DNA of 63,332 nt, counting the filler, from Rhabdomonas costata (lineage: Eukaryota): NCBI GenBank assembly GCA_019059605.1. It is 43 parts of 43 records of this genome, joined end to end, with 100 filler letters (N's around TTAATTAATTAA, not from the genome) between each part and the next. Parts side by side here need not be neighbours in the genome. Positions count along the whole stretch, not along the records: positions 1 to 1,376 come from JAHMHO010017801.1; positions 1,477 to 2,849 come from JAHMHO010017802.1; positions 2,950 to 4,324 come from JAHMHO010017803.1; positions 4,425 to 5,799 come from JAHMHO010017804.1; positions 5,900 to 7,274 come from JAHMHO010017805.1; positions 7,375 to 8,749 come from JAHMHO010017806.1; positions 8,850 to 10,224 come from JAHMHO010017807.1; positions 10,325 to 11,699 come from JAHMHO010017808.1; 35 more parts are not named here. One strand, written 5' to 3'. Below are positions 1 through 11,106 of this stretch, piece by piece; the first letter of the stretch is position 1; the number at the start of each line of letters is the position of its first letter. The notes beneath the pieces are model-generated. The model made no database searches and was not told the DNA's origin. It saw only the letters and a list, made by a program, of their open reading frames with translations. The translations under genes and the position numbers were made by a program.

Positions 1-794
1 TGTGGGAGGGAAGGGGGGGACGACAACCCCCGTGGCGTGCGCTCTAACTGACCTGGCTCTAACGATTTGTTTTGCCCTTGGGGTAGGCAAAAAGCAATCA
101 CTGAGCCAAATGTCAGCATGCAAGCTAAACAGCATAGCTTAGATCACCCTGCATACCACTGAGATCTGGGGGATTGGAAAGTCTATTCTATTGTCTTGAC
201 ATTGCTCGTCGCGAGGACGCGTTTCAGTCCCGCCTTCCTTACTCCCACGGCACTGTACTGTACGGTACAACTATATGTGCTATATGTGCTGAAGTTTCTC
301 GCAGTGCCCAGCTCAGAGGCTCAGAGGTGATTTTCACCAGAGGGCAAAAGAAAACAATGCGTGAAAAGATGGGGTCGGGAGGATCAGATGGGAAGAGGAC
401 CATGATTGGAGCACCTTGCATAACATACCACACAAACTTTGTGTACTTAGCAAGGGTGATTTTTAAGGGGGAGCACATGGGGTTCACTATCCCCCTGGAA
501 TATCAATTAGATGCCCCACTTCACCTCCTTGACGGTCCTCAGTGCTTTGACCCTCTCTTAACACTTCTGACGCAGGGTGTGCTTTTCCCATGGGACCCCG
601 ATCAACGGTGCAGGCGGGGCCTTGGGAACGCAGACTGACGCGTATAGAGATCTCTTAACGATAATCAACCTACATTTCCCAGTCGAATGAAACGCACGCA
701 CACACCGTACACATACATGGCAATGAAATAAGCGCACACTTTTGCGAAATAGGAGAAGGGGCCAAGCCAACGGCTTCTGTGCAACACACACAAC

Positions 795-996
795 CTGCTC
801 GGCTTGACTGCTTTGGCTGCTCACGTGGCGGCTTCCCGGTAGAGCTTCCTGGACTTGGCGAGGGACATACCAAATCCCCTGCCGCAATTGTCGGAACTTT
901 AGCCCACGGGAGGGGCTGTTGCTTTGGCTGTGCACCATGACCACCGACTGAAGAACTGCGGGTCACGTACCCCCTGCGGGAAGGTGCCTGGGTATC
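795..996 (-). CDS. Probable internal exon of a low-complexity S/P/G-rich protein
   Basis: A pyrimidine-rich ttcag acceptor and a CAG|GTTGTG donor flank one open frame (TQAPSRRGYVTRSSS...QPKQSSRA). No recognisable domain; boundaries approximate. Confidence 0.35.
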
Positions 997-1376
997 TGAA
1001 GTGGCGAAAAAAAACAATCGCAGCATTTGTCAGTAGAGGGCGTAGGGGCGGTAGGACGAGAGCGGAGGACGAAAAGGCATTCCCTTCCGACATCGCAGCA
1101 ACAAAATTTCTATTTTTATTCTAATATATAACATCATGGCAGCACATCGAGAATGCTCAGAGTCGGAATCCAGGTACAGGACACCCGTCACCGCGTGGAA
1201 CCTATACGTCATATGGGTCCTTCTTCTTTTCTTTTGTTTTCTTTTGTTTTTCGTGATCGTCAACTGTTGGGTTTGCTGGGTGTGTAAAGGCTGGGTTTAC
1301 GTTTGTTAAGAGCAGTTGAGCTTCAAGTGTTTGTAACTTCTTTCTCCTCAGGCGCCGTCATCCCTCCTTGGGTGAC

Positions 1377-1476
1377 NNNNNNNNNNNNNNNNNNNNNNNN
1401 NNNNNNNNNNNNNNNNNNNNTTAATTAATTAANNNNNNNNNNNNNNNNNNNNNNNNNNNNNNNNNNNNNNNNNNNN
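1377..1476. other. Artificial contig linker (44 N + TTAATTAATTAA + 44 N); first of 42 such spacers
   Basis: The identical 100-nt spacer recurs about every 1475 nt; TTAATTAATTAA gives stops in all six frames. Confidence 0.99.
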
Positions 1477-3329
1477 GTTGTTTTGTTTGGCAGCAACCTT
1501 CCCGTTCGGCACCTGTGTCCTGCAGCGACGGGTTTGCTTTGTTTCCAGAGGGGGAGCGGCTCACCCCGTTCCTTCCTTGTCATGTTTGTGGGGTTTTATT
1601 GGGCGCTTTGGCGGGTGCACCTGCCTCCTCTGGTGTGTTTTTGTTCTTGTTCGTCGTATGCCCGTCGCTGCTGCCTCTCGCGTTGCTTGCCCAATGAACT
1701 TTGTATACTAATTACCCGAAAGTTTGCTGCACTCCTTGTTTTGAGCGCCGTATTTTCCTTTAAGCGCCTTGCTTTTTTACACAAACGATTTTGGACGGAC
1801 AATGTTTCACTGCACTGGTGTGGCCCATGCAAAACACCAGCGCCATGGAATTTGAGAGGCCAATCCCGATCGGACGTCCTGTCGTTGGCGGATCCCGGAG
1901 CCACGAACACAACCCGTTAGCGGCCCGGCATTTGGACGGCACGTGGTACAGCGGGGTTGTTTATTTGCGCGCCTGTTCAAGAGAAGAGCGGGCTGCTCGA
2001 AAGGGGCTCTTGCCAGCCAAGGCCCGGGAGCCAAGAGATAAAGAAGAATCTCCACAACACGGAACGAAAAGTTCATGCCCGCGGCCCCTTTTTTGTGTGT
2101 GGCCAGGAGGGTTTCGAGTCGAAAGACAGATGAAGTTAGACCCCCGTTTTTGTCGAGACATGCCACAGGCTGTTGGCAACAATCTGTTCGCGTCGTAACG
2201 GGCGGCGTAAGCGGCGTAACTGCTTTACGGCAGAGAAACGGGAGAAACGATGAGGATTGGAGTCAGCAGTTTTTTTTACGCAAATAACCCGTGGAGTTTA
2301 AGCACGTTGGTGCGCGTAAAGATTTTCATATATAATTCGCAAGTGTTGCTAGTTACACAGCATTGAAAGGACGCACGCTGTTTTCATCTGTTTGAAGAAA
2401 TTAGTGTGGATGTGGTTGGGTGGAGGCAAGCATTATTTGTCAGATGAGGGAAAGATTAGACACCAGACTTGGTTGCTTTCTTACGTTGTAGGTAAAAAAG
2501 TTGATGCGGCGGTGTAGCGAAATGATTAAAATCTAGCTGGGAGTATTTTTGAGAATATTGGTTTGAGACTTTAAGGAACCTGAGGGTGCTGCTGTGCAGC
2601 CGAAAGCGCATTGTGGTTGAGCCGGAGGGGTTTTGGGGGAGCACTAGATACGTTTTATATCTTGAGTGTGACGTGGAAAGTCATTTCTTGTTGTTTCTTT
2701 TAAGGTTCTGGCATGGCAGAGAATACCACAAGGAGTACTTCATCTCATAGTGGTCTAAATGCAAGGTGGAGGTTTTGGTTTCCAGATGAAAACGTGGTGT
2801 TGTAGTGCTCGTGTCATTGTGCGAGTGCCGATCAAGTGGGTGCAGGCGTNNNNNNNNNNNNNNNNNNNNNNNNNNNNNNNNNNNNNNNNNNNNTTAATTA
2901 ATTAANNNNNNNNNNNNNNNNNNNNNNNNNNNNNNNNNNNNNNNNNNNNTGTTTTTTGGAACCAGAGTGGTCCTCCGACAAAACCTTGCTGCACAAAAGA
3001 GAGGGGGAAAAGAGGAAAGAAAAGACCTGGAAAGAAAGCATATTGTTTTGCACCGAAATTCCACCAGTCTAATTTTACACCAGTGTACAATGTACACATT
3101 TTCCGCAAATGTATCGGAGACGGAGACATCGGACTTCCACTCTGGTTCCAAAAAAAAAAACATGAAGGAACGAATGGAATTCCAGCCCCAGCCGTTCCAA
3201 CCCAGGAGTCGAAACTCCATCAAGATTAAAAGAGATAAAAGGCGAGGGTGGTGGCAGATTGTGAATGCGAATTTTCGACACCGCAGGAATGCTGAACAAA
3301 AGTTTGCCATAAATATCGCCTTGACACAC

Positions 3330-3997
3330 ATGAAGAGAGCACGACTTTCCCGAGGAGGTCTTCACAGTGATCTCCAGCCCCGAGTCTCCACCACGCATCT
3401 TGACGTGAACGTTCAACGTACTGAGGTTAACAATTTGAATTGCGACCGCACGTCAGAATGGGAGGGTGGCGGAGACGCTGGCCTTAGTTTTAGAACGATA
3501 ATCAAGCGGCACTAACTTGGGCCAACAAGAGTAAAAAGGTAGACTCATGCGTGAGCAACTTTCGACAACTACTGTACACAACCAGAAAAAGAGAAGAGGA
3601 AAGGTTGAATTAGCAGTCACTTGTAGACTTTTTCGAACAAATCATTATTCAGTCCACCCTCACTCTCACTTACCTGTCCTTCTCGACCCCGCATTGGGCC
3701 AAGGTTCGGGAACCCTCAAGTATGTTGGAGCGGTACAGCAGAAGAGTCTCACTGTTCGAAGCCGTGATTCCCGCCTTTGCCCTCAACTTTGTCTTGACAG
3801 AATCTATTGATTCATTGGGCTCGACCTGAAAAGCGAAAGCCAGACACGATTCGCAAGCGAAAGCACCACTGGCACCCCAAAAAGTGGCGAAAACTTTCAC
3901 CTTCTTGAACGATTTGCATCAAAAAAGAGTGAAAAGAAAGGCAACGCACGTCCAGGGTAACCAACCGGCCGGTGTGGAGTTTGACACTGATCTGCAT
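3330..3997 (-). CDS. Tandem ubiquitin-like domain protein, 5' part; exons 3950-3997, 3674-3825, 3330-3420
   Basis: GT-AG splicing gives MQISVKLHTGRLVTLD|VEPNESIDSVKTKL...LEGSRTLAQCGVEKDS|TLNVHVKMRGG, followed by DSGLEITVKTSSGKSCSLH, the start of a second Ubl. Confidence 0.85.
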
Positions 3998-4084
3998 TCT
4001 TGAGAAAGCGTTTCTGCCAAAACAATAAGCACGGGCAGTGACAGCAACCCCTCCCTTAGGCTTTCTTCCCCTTCTTCTCACTTA

Positions 4085-4259
4085 GTCGGCCTACTGCGGC
4101 CTCCACTATGGTGGTTACACGGAGAGATGGGCACTTGACGCAGGAGGGTGGCCATCTCGGAGTAGAATAACGCATTTAGGAGCAATACGAGCGTGGCGAG
4201 TATGCGACCTAGTAAACAGAGCAAGGAGCGAAGCGACGCAGCGATAAAAAAGGGGCCCC
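4085..4259 (+). repeat. Conserved-block structured element, copy 1 (homologous to 34044-34245)
   Basis: Collinear blocks shared with contig 33920-35294: GTCGGCCTACTGCGG, TGGGCACyTGA..GAGGGTGGCCA, TACGAGCGTrGCGAG, AGGAnCGAAGyGACGnAGCG, GGGGCCCC. Confidence 0.85.
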
Positions 4260-4542
4260 AAAGGCAGGCAGCATAGGTATCATCACCATCAATACACCAT
4301 AAATCACGACATTTGCAACAAACANNNNNNNNNNNNNNNNNNNNNNNNNNNNNNNNNNNNNNNNNNNNTTAATTAATTAANNNNNNNNNNNNNNNNNNNN
4401 NNNNNNNNNNNNNNNNNNNNNNNNTCACTCGCTTGCATAGAACACTGTTGGTTATGTCTCGCCACCGCAAAATATAAACAAGAAGAAGAAAATAAGAAAG
4501 AAAAGCCAGGGGAGGGGGAGGGGCTGAGGAGACGCACAGAAC

Positions 4543-5532
4543 CTTGTTAATTTTGTAGAAAGTGTCCAGGCTGCGGCTGTTATAGTAGATGGCGTCGTGC
4601 TCGATGTCCCAGAAGAGCGTGTTGCCGTGCATCCAATCAATGCAGTCGCGCTTCCCCATTGCGAAGACCTGGGCGCAGTCCCCTGAAGATCGCAAGCGAG
4701 AAATGACATTGGAGGTAGGCTAGGGTAGATATACATGTAAGTGTCAACAGATGCACTTGTGCGCCATGAAGTACAAAGAGGGCAACAGGAATCTTCAGAT
4801 GCGAAGAGAGGACCAGTGTACTGCCAATTTGAGCGCTGGTAGGCGTTGAAGGGGAACTCGACGCGAGCATCCCAAGTCCAAATGATGTCACCAGCCTCAG
4901 TAACCTGAAAGAGCAGCGAAACAAGCTCGTTTTGCCACTGCCACAACTGGCGCAATTTGTGTCAACAGGCAAAGAAGTGCTGAGATTCTGGAAATCGGAC
5001 CCAAACGCCATTTCCCTGGGACCCCCTTGTGCTGACCTCGTAGATGACATCATATACCGCCCTGTCGTCCACCGCAGACTCGTTGCGATGCAAGTACTTG
5101 AACAACCCCAAGAAGGTCCGGGAACGCGGGTTGTACTCCAGGTCGTGGTGAAAAACCGCGTGCGACCGCCGCGGCAGCTTCACCGCCGTCCAGCTCTCCG
5201 TGTTGGTGGAGGTGTCCCTGCGGCCATCCCCTCCAATTTCCAAATTGCCCACAGCGCTGATCAATGGCAACGGATGAGGTGACGTTCACCGACTGTCCTC
5301 TTTCAAACCTGCCAGCGTGTTCTTCTGCAACCCTGAACGATGGAAATGGAACCATATGTAAGCTCGCAATTGGGAGGGGGAGCACAGGGTACCACAGCAG
5401 AAAGTGGGTGTGCTTCACTCGATTGTGGTCGTGCAGCATCAGCAGCGTCACTCGCAAGGCCAAGATGGTCGTGGAGTTGACCATCTTCGTACCGTGGAAC
5501 ACGACGTGCTCTGCGCGGCAGGAAGTCACGAG
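4543..5532 (-). CDS. Arylsulfotransferase (ASST)-family beta-propeller fragment; exons 5393-5532, 5037-5217, 4814-4904, 4543-4682
   Basis: The spliced frame has FHHDLEY, DVIYE|VTEAGDIIWTWDA and DWMHGNTL...IYYNSRSLDTFYKI, matching ASST HHD and DWxHxN motifs. Intron phases are consistent and all GT-AG. Confidence 0.75.
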
Positions 5533-6128
5533 CTGAGCAGAAGGGAGGGGAAGCTGCCGCGCTGAGCAACTTCTGTTGTGCTTGTTGCTTGGGCAGAAAG
5601 GTATTCCACGCACCATCGGTGGGGCGTTGGTGATGGGATCTCTTGTTGTTGGTCCAGTTCCTCATTCTCTGTTTTAACAAACACCTTTGCATCACGCCCT
5701 TGGGGTATAAAAGTAGAAAGCAAAGACCAGTCAAACGTGCTTGGGCTTCGTCACATTGCTCGTGTTTTTTCTTTTCTTTTTCCATTTTCCACCCAAAACN
5801 NNNNNNNNNNNNNNNNNNNNNNNNNNNNNNNNNNNNNNNNNNNTTAATTAATTAANNNNNNNNNNNNNNNNNNNNNNNNNNNNNNNNNNNNNNNNNNNNG
5901 GGGGTTTGTAGGCCAGTACCCGCTGCTGCTAGAGATGGAAGCCCTTCTTTACTGTCTGTAATACGGTCCTTTTGATGTTGACATTATGGACCGAGACGAA
6001 ATTACACAAAATTTGCATTTCCAGCAATGCACCAAATCTAATCTCAAAACGTTTACCGATGGTGAACAATGATCCCCTCCAAGAAATGCAGTTGTTATCT
6101 GTTCTCATCTCTCTCTCGACACCCGCAG

Positions 6129-6796
6129 GAGGCCTGGGTCAACCCCGAGGCGGAGTTTGCGCCGTGCTGCGCCCCAGACGACCAGCGCCGCTCCCTGGGA
6201 GACTTTCCCAAGCTGGGCAGCCTGCTGGAGTTCTGGCGCAGCCCACAGCTGATGCACCTCACCCAGACCTACAAGTCCCACCCGCTGTGCGCTGGGTGCC
6301 TCCTGCGGCGTCCCCCGAAGCCCACTACCCCTCTCTCCGACGCGTCCGCACCCGCGCCAGCGGCTCCGCAGCGCGGCATGGGTTCCTCCGCATGGAGGAG
6401 CGTCTGCTACATGGCCTTTTCCTCGCTCTTCCCCACAGCTCGCGCTCTGTTGTGGGGTGTGCGGTACTGGATGAGCTTGGGCCTTAGCCGAGTGGCGATG
6501 CTTTGGAAAGCCGCCTCCAAGCCTCTCATTAGGAGCAGGCCTTTGACTTGGGCGAGTACAGAGGTGAGCCAGGATGCCACGCACCACGTATGGGCCGGTA
6601 CTTCCACCCCGGTTTACAGCCAGCGATTTGTCATTGTGCACGCCTTCCACAGCCCTGGGCTAGCTCCGGCGCAGGTCACTCCGGAGCTGGGCTACCACAT
6701 CACCGTGAATGGGGTGCCGACTTACTCTTGGAGGTTCCAGCGAGTCTTTGGGTTCTACGAGGGGCTGGCAGCGGTGCAGACGCTGACCGGAGAATG
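6129..6796 (+). CDS. Exon with a radical SAM SPASM-like C-terminal part fused to WG-repeat-like units
   Basis: EAWVNPEAEFAPCC...LLEFWRSP...PLCAGC (SPASM-like Cys pattern), a linker, then HHVWAG..PVYSQRF...FHSPGLAP...YHITVNGVPTYSWRF..VFGFYEGLAAV. cgcag acceptor and TG|GTAGTG donor. Confidence 0.65.
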
Positions 6797-7746
6797 GTAG
6801 TGTCAAATGATCCTGCCTGCTTGTTTTTTTTGTTGATTTTGGTTGTTTGGTGGTGCTGGCATTGCCTGTGCGGCTGCCCAATGAGGAGACAACGAGAATG
6901 GGTTCTGACGAACGGAGCGATGTGGCAGGATGTTCTGGGCACAAGACGCAAACCAATACCCATTAACAAAAACAGACCAACAAATCACATCCGCAAAATG
7001 CCCATCCCTCCTTTGCGCACCGTGCTGCAGGTGTCAAAGGAGATTCCTGTGGCGTTGAGCATGAGCTGCGAATTGGCTTGAGTTGAGCCCAATTGAGTTG
7101 AATTCACTGGACCAGGGTTGCCGGCATCGTCCTTTTGGCATACATCCTTCCGCACGTCGACTCGGACACTGATCCATATGGAATTGTGCTTTGGTGTGTT
7201 CCATGATATACAAACGCTGACCACGCGGATACATAGAATTCAATTGAACTGTGCTCCTATGCCTCACCCTACAANNNNNNNNNNNNNNNNNNNNNNNNNN
7301 NNNNNNNNNNNNNNNNNNTTAATTAATTAANNNNNNNNNNNNNNNNNNNNNNNNNNNNNNNNNNNNNNNNNNNNGTGGTTGTGAGACCTGGTTAGGCGCG
7401 GCGGGGGTGGGGGGCTTTATTTTGATCGTTGAAGCCTGCTGCTTGGGTCTGCTCCTGGATCGGGTTGGTCGTTGGCAAGCAATGATGCAATGAATTGTGT
7501 GTGTGTGACATCAAAAAGTGATCCCAAAACAATCATGTGCAGAGGTGGTTTCAGTTCAGCGGTTGTGTTGTTCGTGTTCCTTTTTTTGCGCTCGCTTTAA
7601 GTCACATACGACCGAATTACTACTGGAGTTGAGAGGTGAAATCACGAAGTATTGTTTGCCCTGGATCCCTGTGCTCTGTACCCTCCCCCATTCCCCCATT
7701 TCAACCTTGTACATCAACCTTGCCGGTCTTTTGCTGTGGTCTGCAG

Positions 7747-8498
7747 CGTTCGGGATGCGTGCTGTCGGTTTCCCCGCGAGGCCGCGCTTGGTGGAGTTCG
7801 ATTCTGCTTCGAGGTAGTCACCCCGACAGCCGTGCTTCGGCTTTGCGCTCCCTCTGCCGATGTGATGGACATCTGGGTGGAGACCCTGACACGGCAGTCC
7901 ACTGTGGCCGCGGACAACCAAAGCATAGAGATGGTTGAGGTGCTTCTGCTTGACCTCCGGATTGCCTTTTGCGTTTTTTTTTGCTCTTCGCACGCTTTAT
8001 TTTGCAGATCTCCGAAACCTGTGCCGTTCGGCTGGCCAAACAGGTCGGATCCAAATATTTACATGTTAATTCGGCTGGGAGGGTTGCTCGGTTGTTGGCC
8101 AGCACTGTGGCGTCCTTTATAAGCGGTGTATTGTTCTGCAGATGCACTGCAGATGCAATTGCATATGCAGGCGTGCTTGCGAATGTGGTAGGCTCACTAT
8201 GTTCGGAAAGAGCTGCATTCGTTATTCCTTATTGAGATGTGTGTTGTGTGAACACCTGCTCTTATGGCACGAAAACGGATATTCGTATCATTTCATTCAA
8301 CCCTGAAGAGAGAGTTCTCACAGCCCTACTTTTAGCCAACAAGGACTGAAGAAGGGTTCCCACGCTGTTGCGCTTCTCTTTTGACAGGAAATGATTCGCT
8401 CCTCAGAGCTGCAAAAGGCCTACGACCTCCGGTGCAGGCAGCGGCAGCGCTCGTTGGACGGTGAGCGAGCAGGTGGGACAGAGGTCGGTGCGTTATGA
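7747..8498 (+). CDS. PH-domain protein, 3' exons 7747-7939 and 8388-8498
   Basis: FCFEVVTPTAVLRLCAPSADVMDIWVETL matches PH beta6-beta7 and the Trp-bearing C-terminal helix; it splices in frame to EMIRSSELQKAY...stop. Confidence 0.7.
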
Positions 8499-9197
8499 GG
8501 CGGCTGTCTCCCTTCAGGTAGTCAACCTTTTCCAAGTGCAGCTTTGCATGCACCAGTTCCGCTCCTGTAACAAAAGTGACATCAATGAGAGTGCATGTTC
8601 TTCGCGAGTCTTCGACCCTGTGATTCTGAGAAATGCTTGGTCGCCAGATAGCCTTTAGATTTAGAATTAGAATTCGGGGTCTCTGAATTTTGACTATGGC
8701 CGGAAAATGGCTTTATATGGGTGTTTATAAATGAAAAACGAAACAAAACNNNNNNNNNNNNNNNNNNNNNNNNNNNNNNNNNNNNNNNNNNNNTTAATTA
8801 ATTAANNNNNNNNNNNNNNNNNNNNNNNNNNNNNNNNNNNNNNNNNNNNTTTTGGGGGGTAATTGTTTCGTGTTTCCACGTGGTAAATTTTGCTTGAAGG
8901 TCACCTCTTTTTATCGCCACAAGATTGTTCACTCTTTTCGATCAGTGCCTCTTCGGCCTCGACTGGAGACAGCCTGAAGTCTCAGGCCACCCGGTGCAGA
9001 ACTGGGCAATGGTTAAATGCACATGGTGCTCCTAATCACTCACAAAAATACAGAATGTAGAAGCCCAGCTTAATCACCCTGGGCTTCCGTCCTGCCCCGC
9101 AAGGTTTTCACCGTTTTTCGGGGTTTTGCCCGATACCCAGCGACAGGAGCGAAACGCTCCTCCACACCGACCCCCCCTTCCCCCTCGTCGCGTAAAC

Positions 9198-9608
9198 CTG
9201 GCCCACGTTCCGGGCCCGCATCTGCCTCCTAACCTCGAACAACTGCCCGGTGTACGGCACCAGAACTGTGAGCTCCGCGCTACGGTAGCCCTGCCGCAGC
9301 AGGTAAGCCGCGATGTGGGCCACCAACTCGGCCTCGAAGGGGTTGCGCGGGCTGCGTAGGTCGGCATCCTGCTCCTCAGGGTTGCCATGGGTCAGGAAGA
9401 ACAGGCTGTGGGCCATCCCCCGGATAGGCCCCCGCGTCATCACGGAGGGGTGGCAGGTAATCGGGGGGTACAGGCGGGATGTAAGTTCAAAGATCTCTGG
9501 GCGCATTCGGCGCTGCACTCCGAGAGTGACGTGGGGCATCTTGAGGTTCATCAGCCGCTCAAACAGAGAGACGCCTAGGTTGAGGGCCTCCAACTCGTGG
9601 GTTGTGAC
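9198..9608 (-). CDS. ZNFX1-like UPF1/DNA2-family SF1 helicase exon (C-terminal RecA domain)
   Basis: LGVSLFERL...LGVQRRMRPEI...HPSV...IRGMAHSLFFLTH..PE...NPFEAE...YLLRQGY...LTVLVPYTGQL; GT-AG boundaries. Confidence 0.85.
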
Positions 9609-10131
9609 CTGTGGGGGGTACGCGGTTTGTTTGGAAAGAAAATCGCAAGAGCCATACCACCTCCCTTGATTGGATGTTTCGCGATGGTCTTGCGCTGCAG
9701 AAAGTCCTGGGGACAATGTGACATAGAAAAAACTTCTGCTTGGGCGAAGAGGAGGGGGCCTAAGGCAAATAAAAAACAAAAAATGCGAGCTATCCACCTA
9801 TCTTTTGTAAATGCCAGTGCATGGCACATGTACTTATGTACTGCAAGAATCAAGCTGCGAGATATTTAGGCCGATGATGGGATTAAACCGGAAAAGGCGA
9901 CGCGCTGCTGAGGAGAACCCAATTACGTTGTCTTGGTTCATAGTCATGGCTAACGCACCCATTACGCAGTTTTCTTCTCGCTTTTTGATAACAGGGAGCA
10001 AATGCACCACGGAAAAAAATGCGGAAGGCCCCATTTAAATATACGCATGTCAGATAAAAATCAAGAAGAGAGTATATACAAAAGGCACTCCTTCAGCAGT
10101 GTACCTTTTTTAAAGGCTCCTTTCATTACTC

Positions 10132-10224
10132 ATGTTGACGCTTTATGATGTCCTGGAGCTCTGCAGTGATGAAGCAAAGCTCCGAGAGTGGTTAAGGGGT
10201 TATGGAGTTCTCCGAGAGCCGCCT
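10132..10224 (+). mobile_element. N-terminus of a Merlin (IS1595/ISXO2-like) transposase, cut by the contig end
   Basis: MLTLYDVLELCSDEAKLREWLRGYGVL aligns with MLPL*DELKIASDEGKLRKWMVKYKIM of the Merlin remnant at 32630. Confidence 0.6.
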
Positions 10225-10440
10225 NNNNNNNNNNNNNNNNNNNNNNNNNNNNNNNNNNNNNNNNNNNNTTAATTAATTAANNNNNNNNNNNNNNNNNNNN
10301 NNNNNNNNNNNNNNNNNNNNNNNNTGTTGGGGGTGCGGCGAAGGCCGTCAGCGAGGTCAGCATGTCCGAGAGGGCAAGGGCGCGGTCCACCAAGGTGGCG
10401 ACGGTGCCCGGAGACCTCCGCTTGGCGGCAGGGAGGTCCA

Positions 10441-11106
10441 AAGGTTGGGGAAAAAGGAGGATGCTGCGAAAGCTTCAATTCCCGCTTTTTTAATCTCGTT
10501 CTGGCTCACATTTAAGGAGATAAGGCTCGAAAAGAAGGAAGATGCTGCGAAAGCTTGCATTCCCCAATCCTCGATTTCGTTGTGGCTCACATCCAAGCTG
10601 GTGAGGTTGGGGAAAAAGGCAGATGCCGCAAGAGCCTGCATTCCTGAGGCTGCGATCTGGTTGCGGCTCAAGTCCAAGGAGGCGAGTTTGAGGAAGCAGG
10701 AGGATGCCGCAAGAGCTTGCATTCCTACAGCCTTCATCTCGTTGCGGCTCACATCTAAGGAGGTGAGGTTGGGGAAGAGAGAGGAAGAGGAAATTCCAGA
10801 CATTTCAGCCCCAACCACAAGCAAATGCTCCAAGAGCTGCGCACTTCTCACCGAAATCTTCCCGGCGGAGCACCCTAGCCACATGCTCCCGGGAAGAATC
10901 TCCTCCGCCGCGGGGCCTTGCAGGGTGCGGAGCAACACCCCAATTGCATCGATCGCTGGGGGGCGAAGAGTTACCTTCCAATTCGGGACCAGGACTTCAT
11001 CGACCAGCCCTCGAAATTTCTGGCACACCAGCCGCAGGGTGAGCTGCGCTATCAGCCTCAGAAACCCAAAGCTGTGCACCAAGGTGTCCTCCGAAAGCCT
11101 GGACAT
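10441..11106 (-). CDS. F-box plus RI-like leucine-rich repeat protein (partial)
   Basis: N-terminal LSEDTLVHSFGFL...LRLVCQKFR (F-box-like), then about four 28-aa repeats FPNLTSLDVSxNEIxxxGMQALAAS. The frame breaks near 10441. Confidence 0.85.

Noticed and set aside
4085-4160. Conserved block as an HDV-like ribozyme on the minus strand
   Set aside because: I could not build the P1/P3 nested pseudoknot pairings.
10325-10440. Frame change after the last LRR as programmed frameshifting
   Set aside because: An abrupt switch to unrelated GC-rich sequence near a contig end is more simply a chimera or assembly error.
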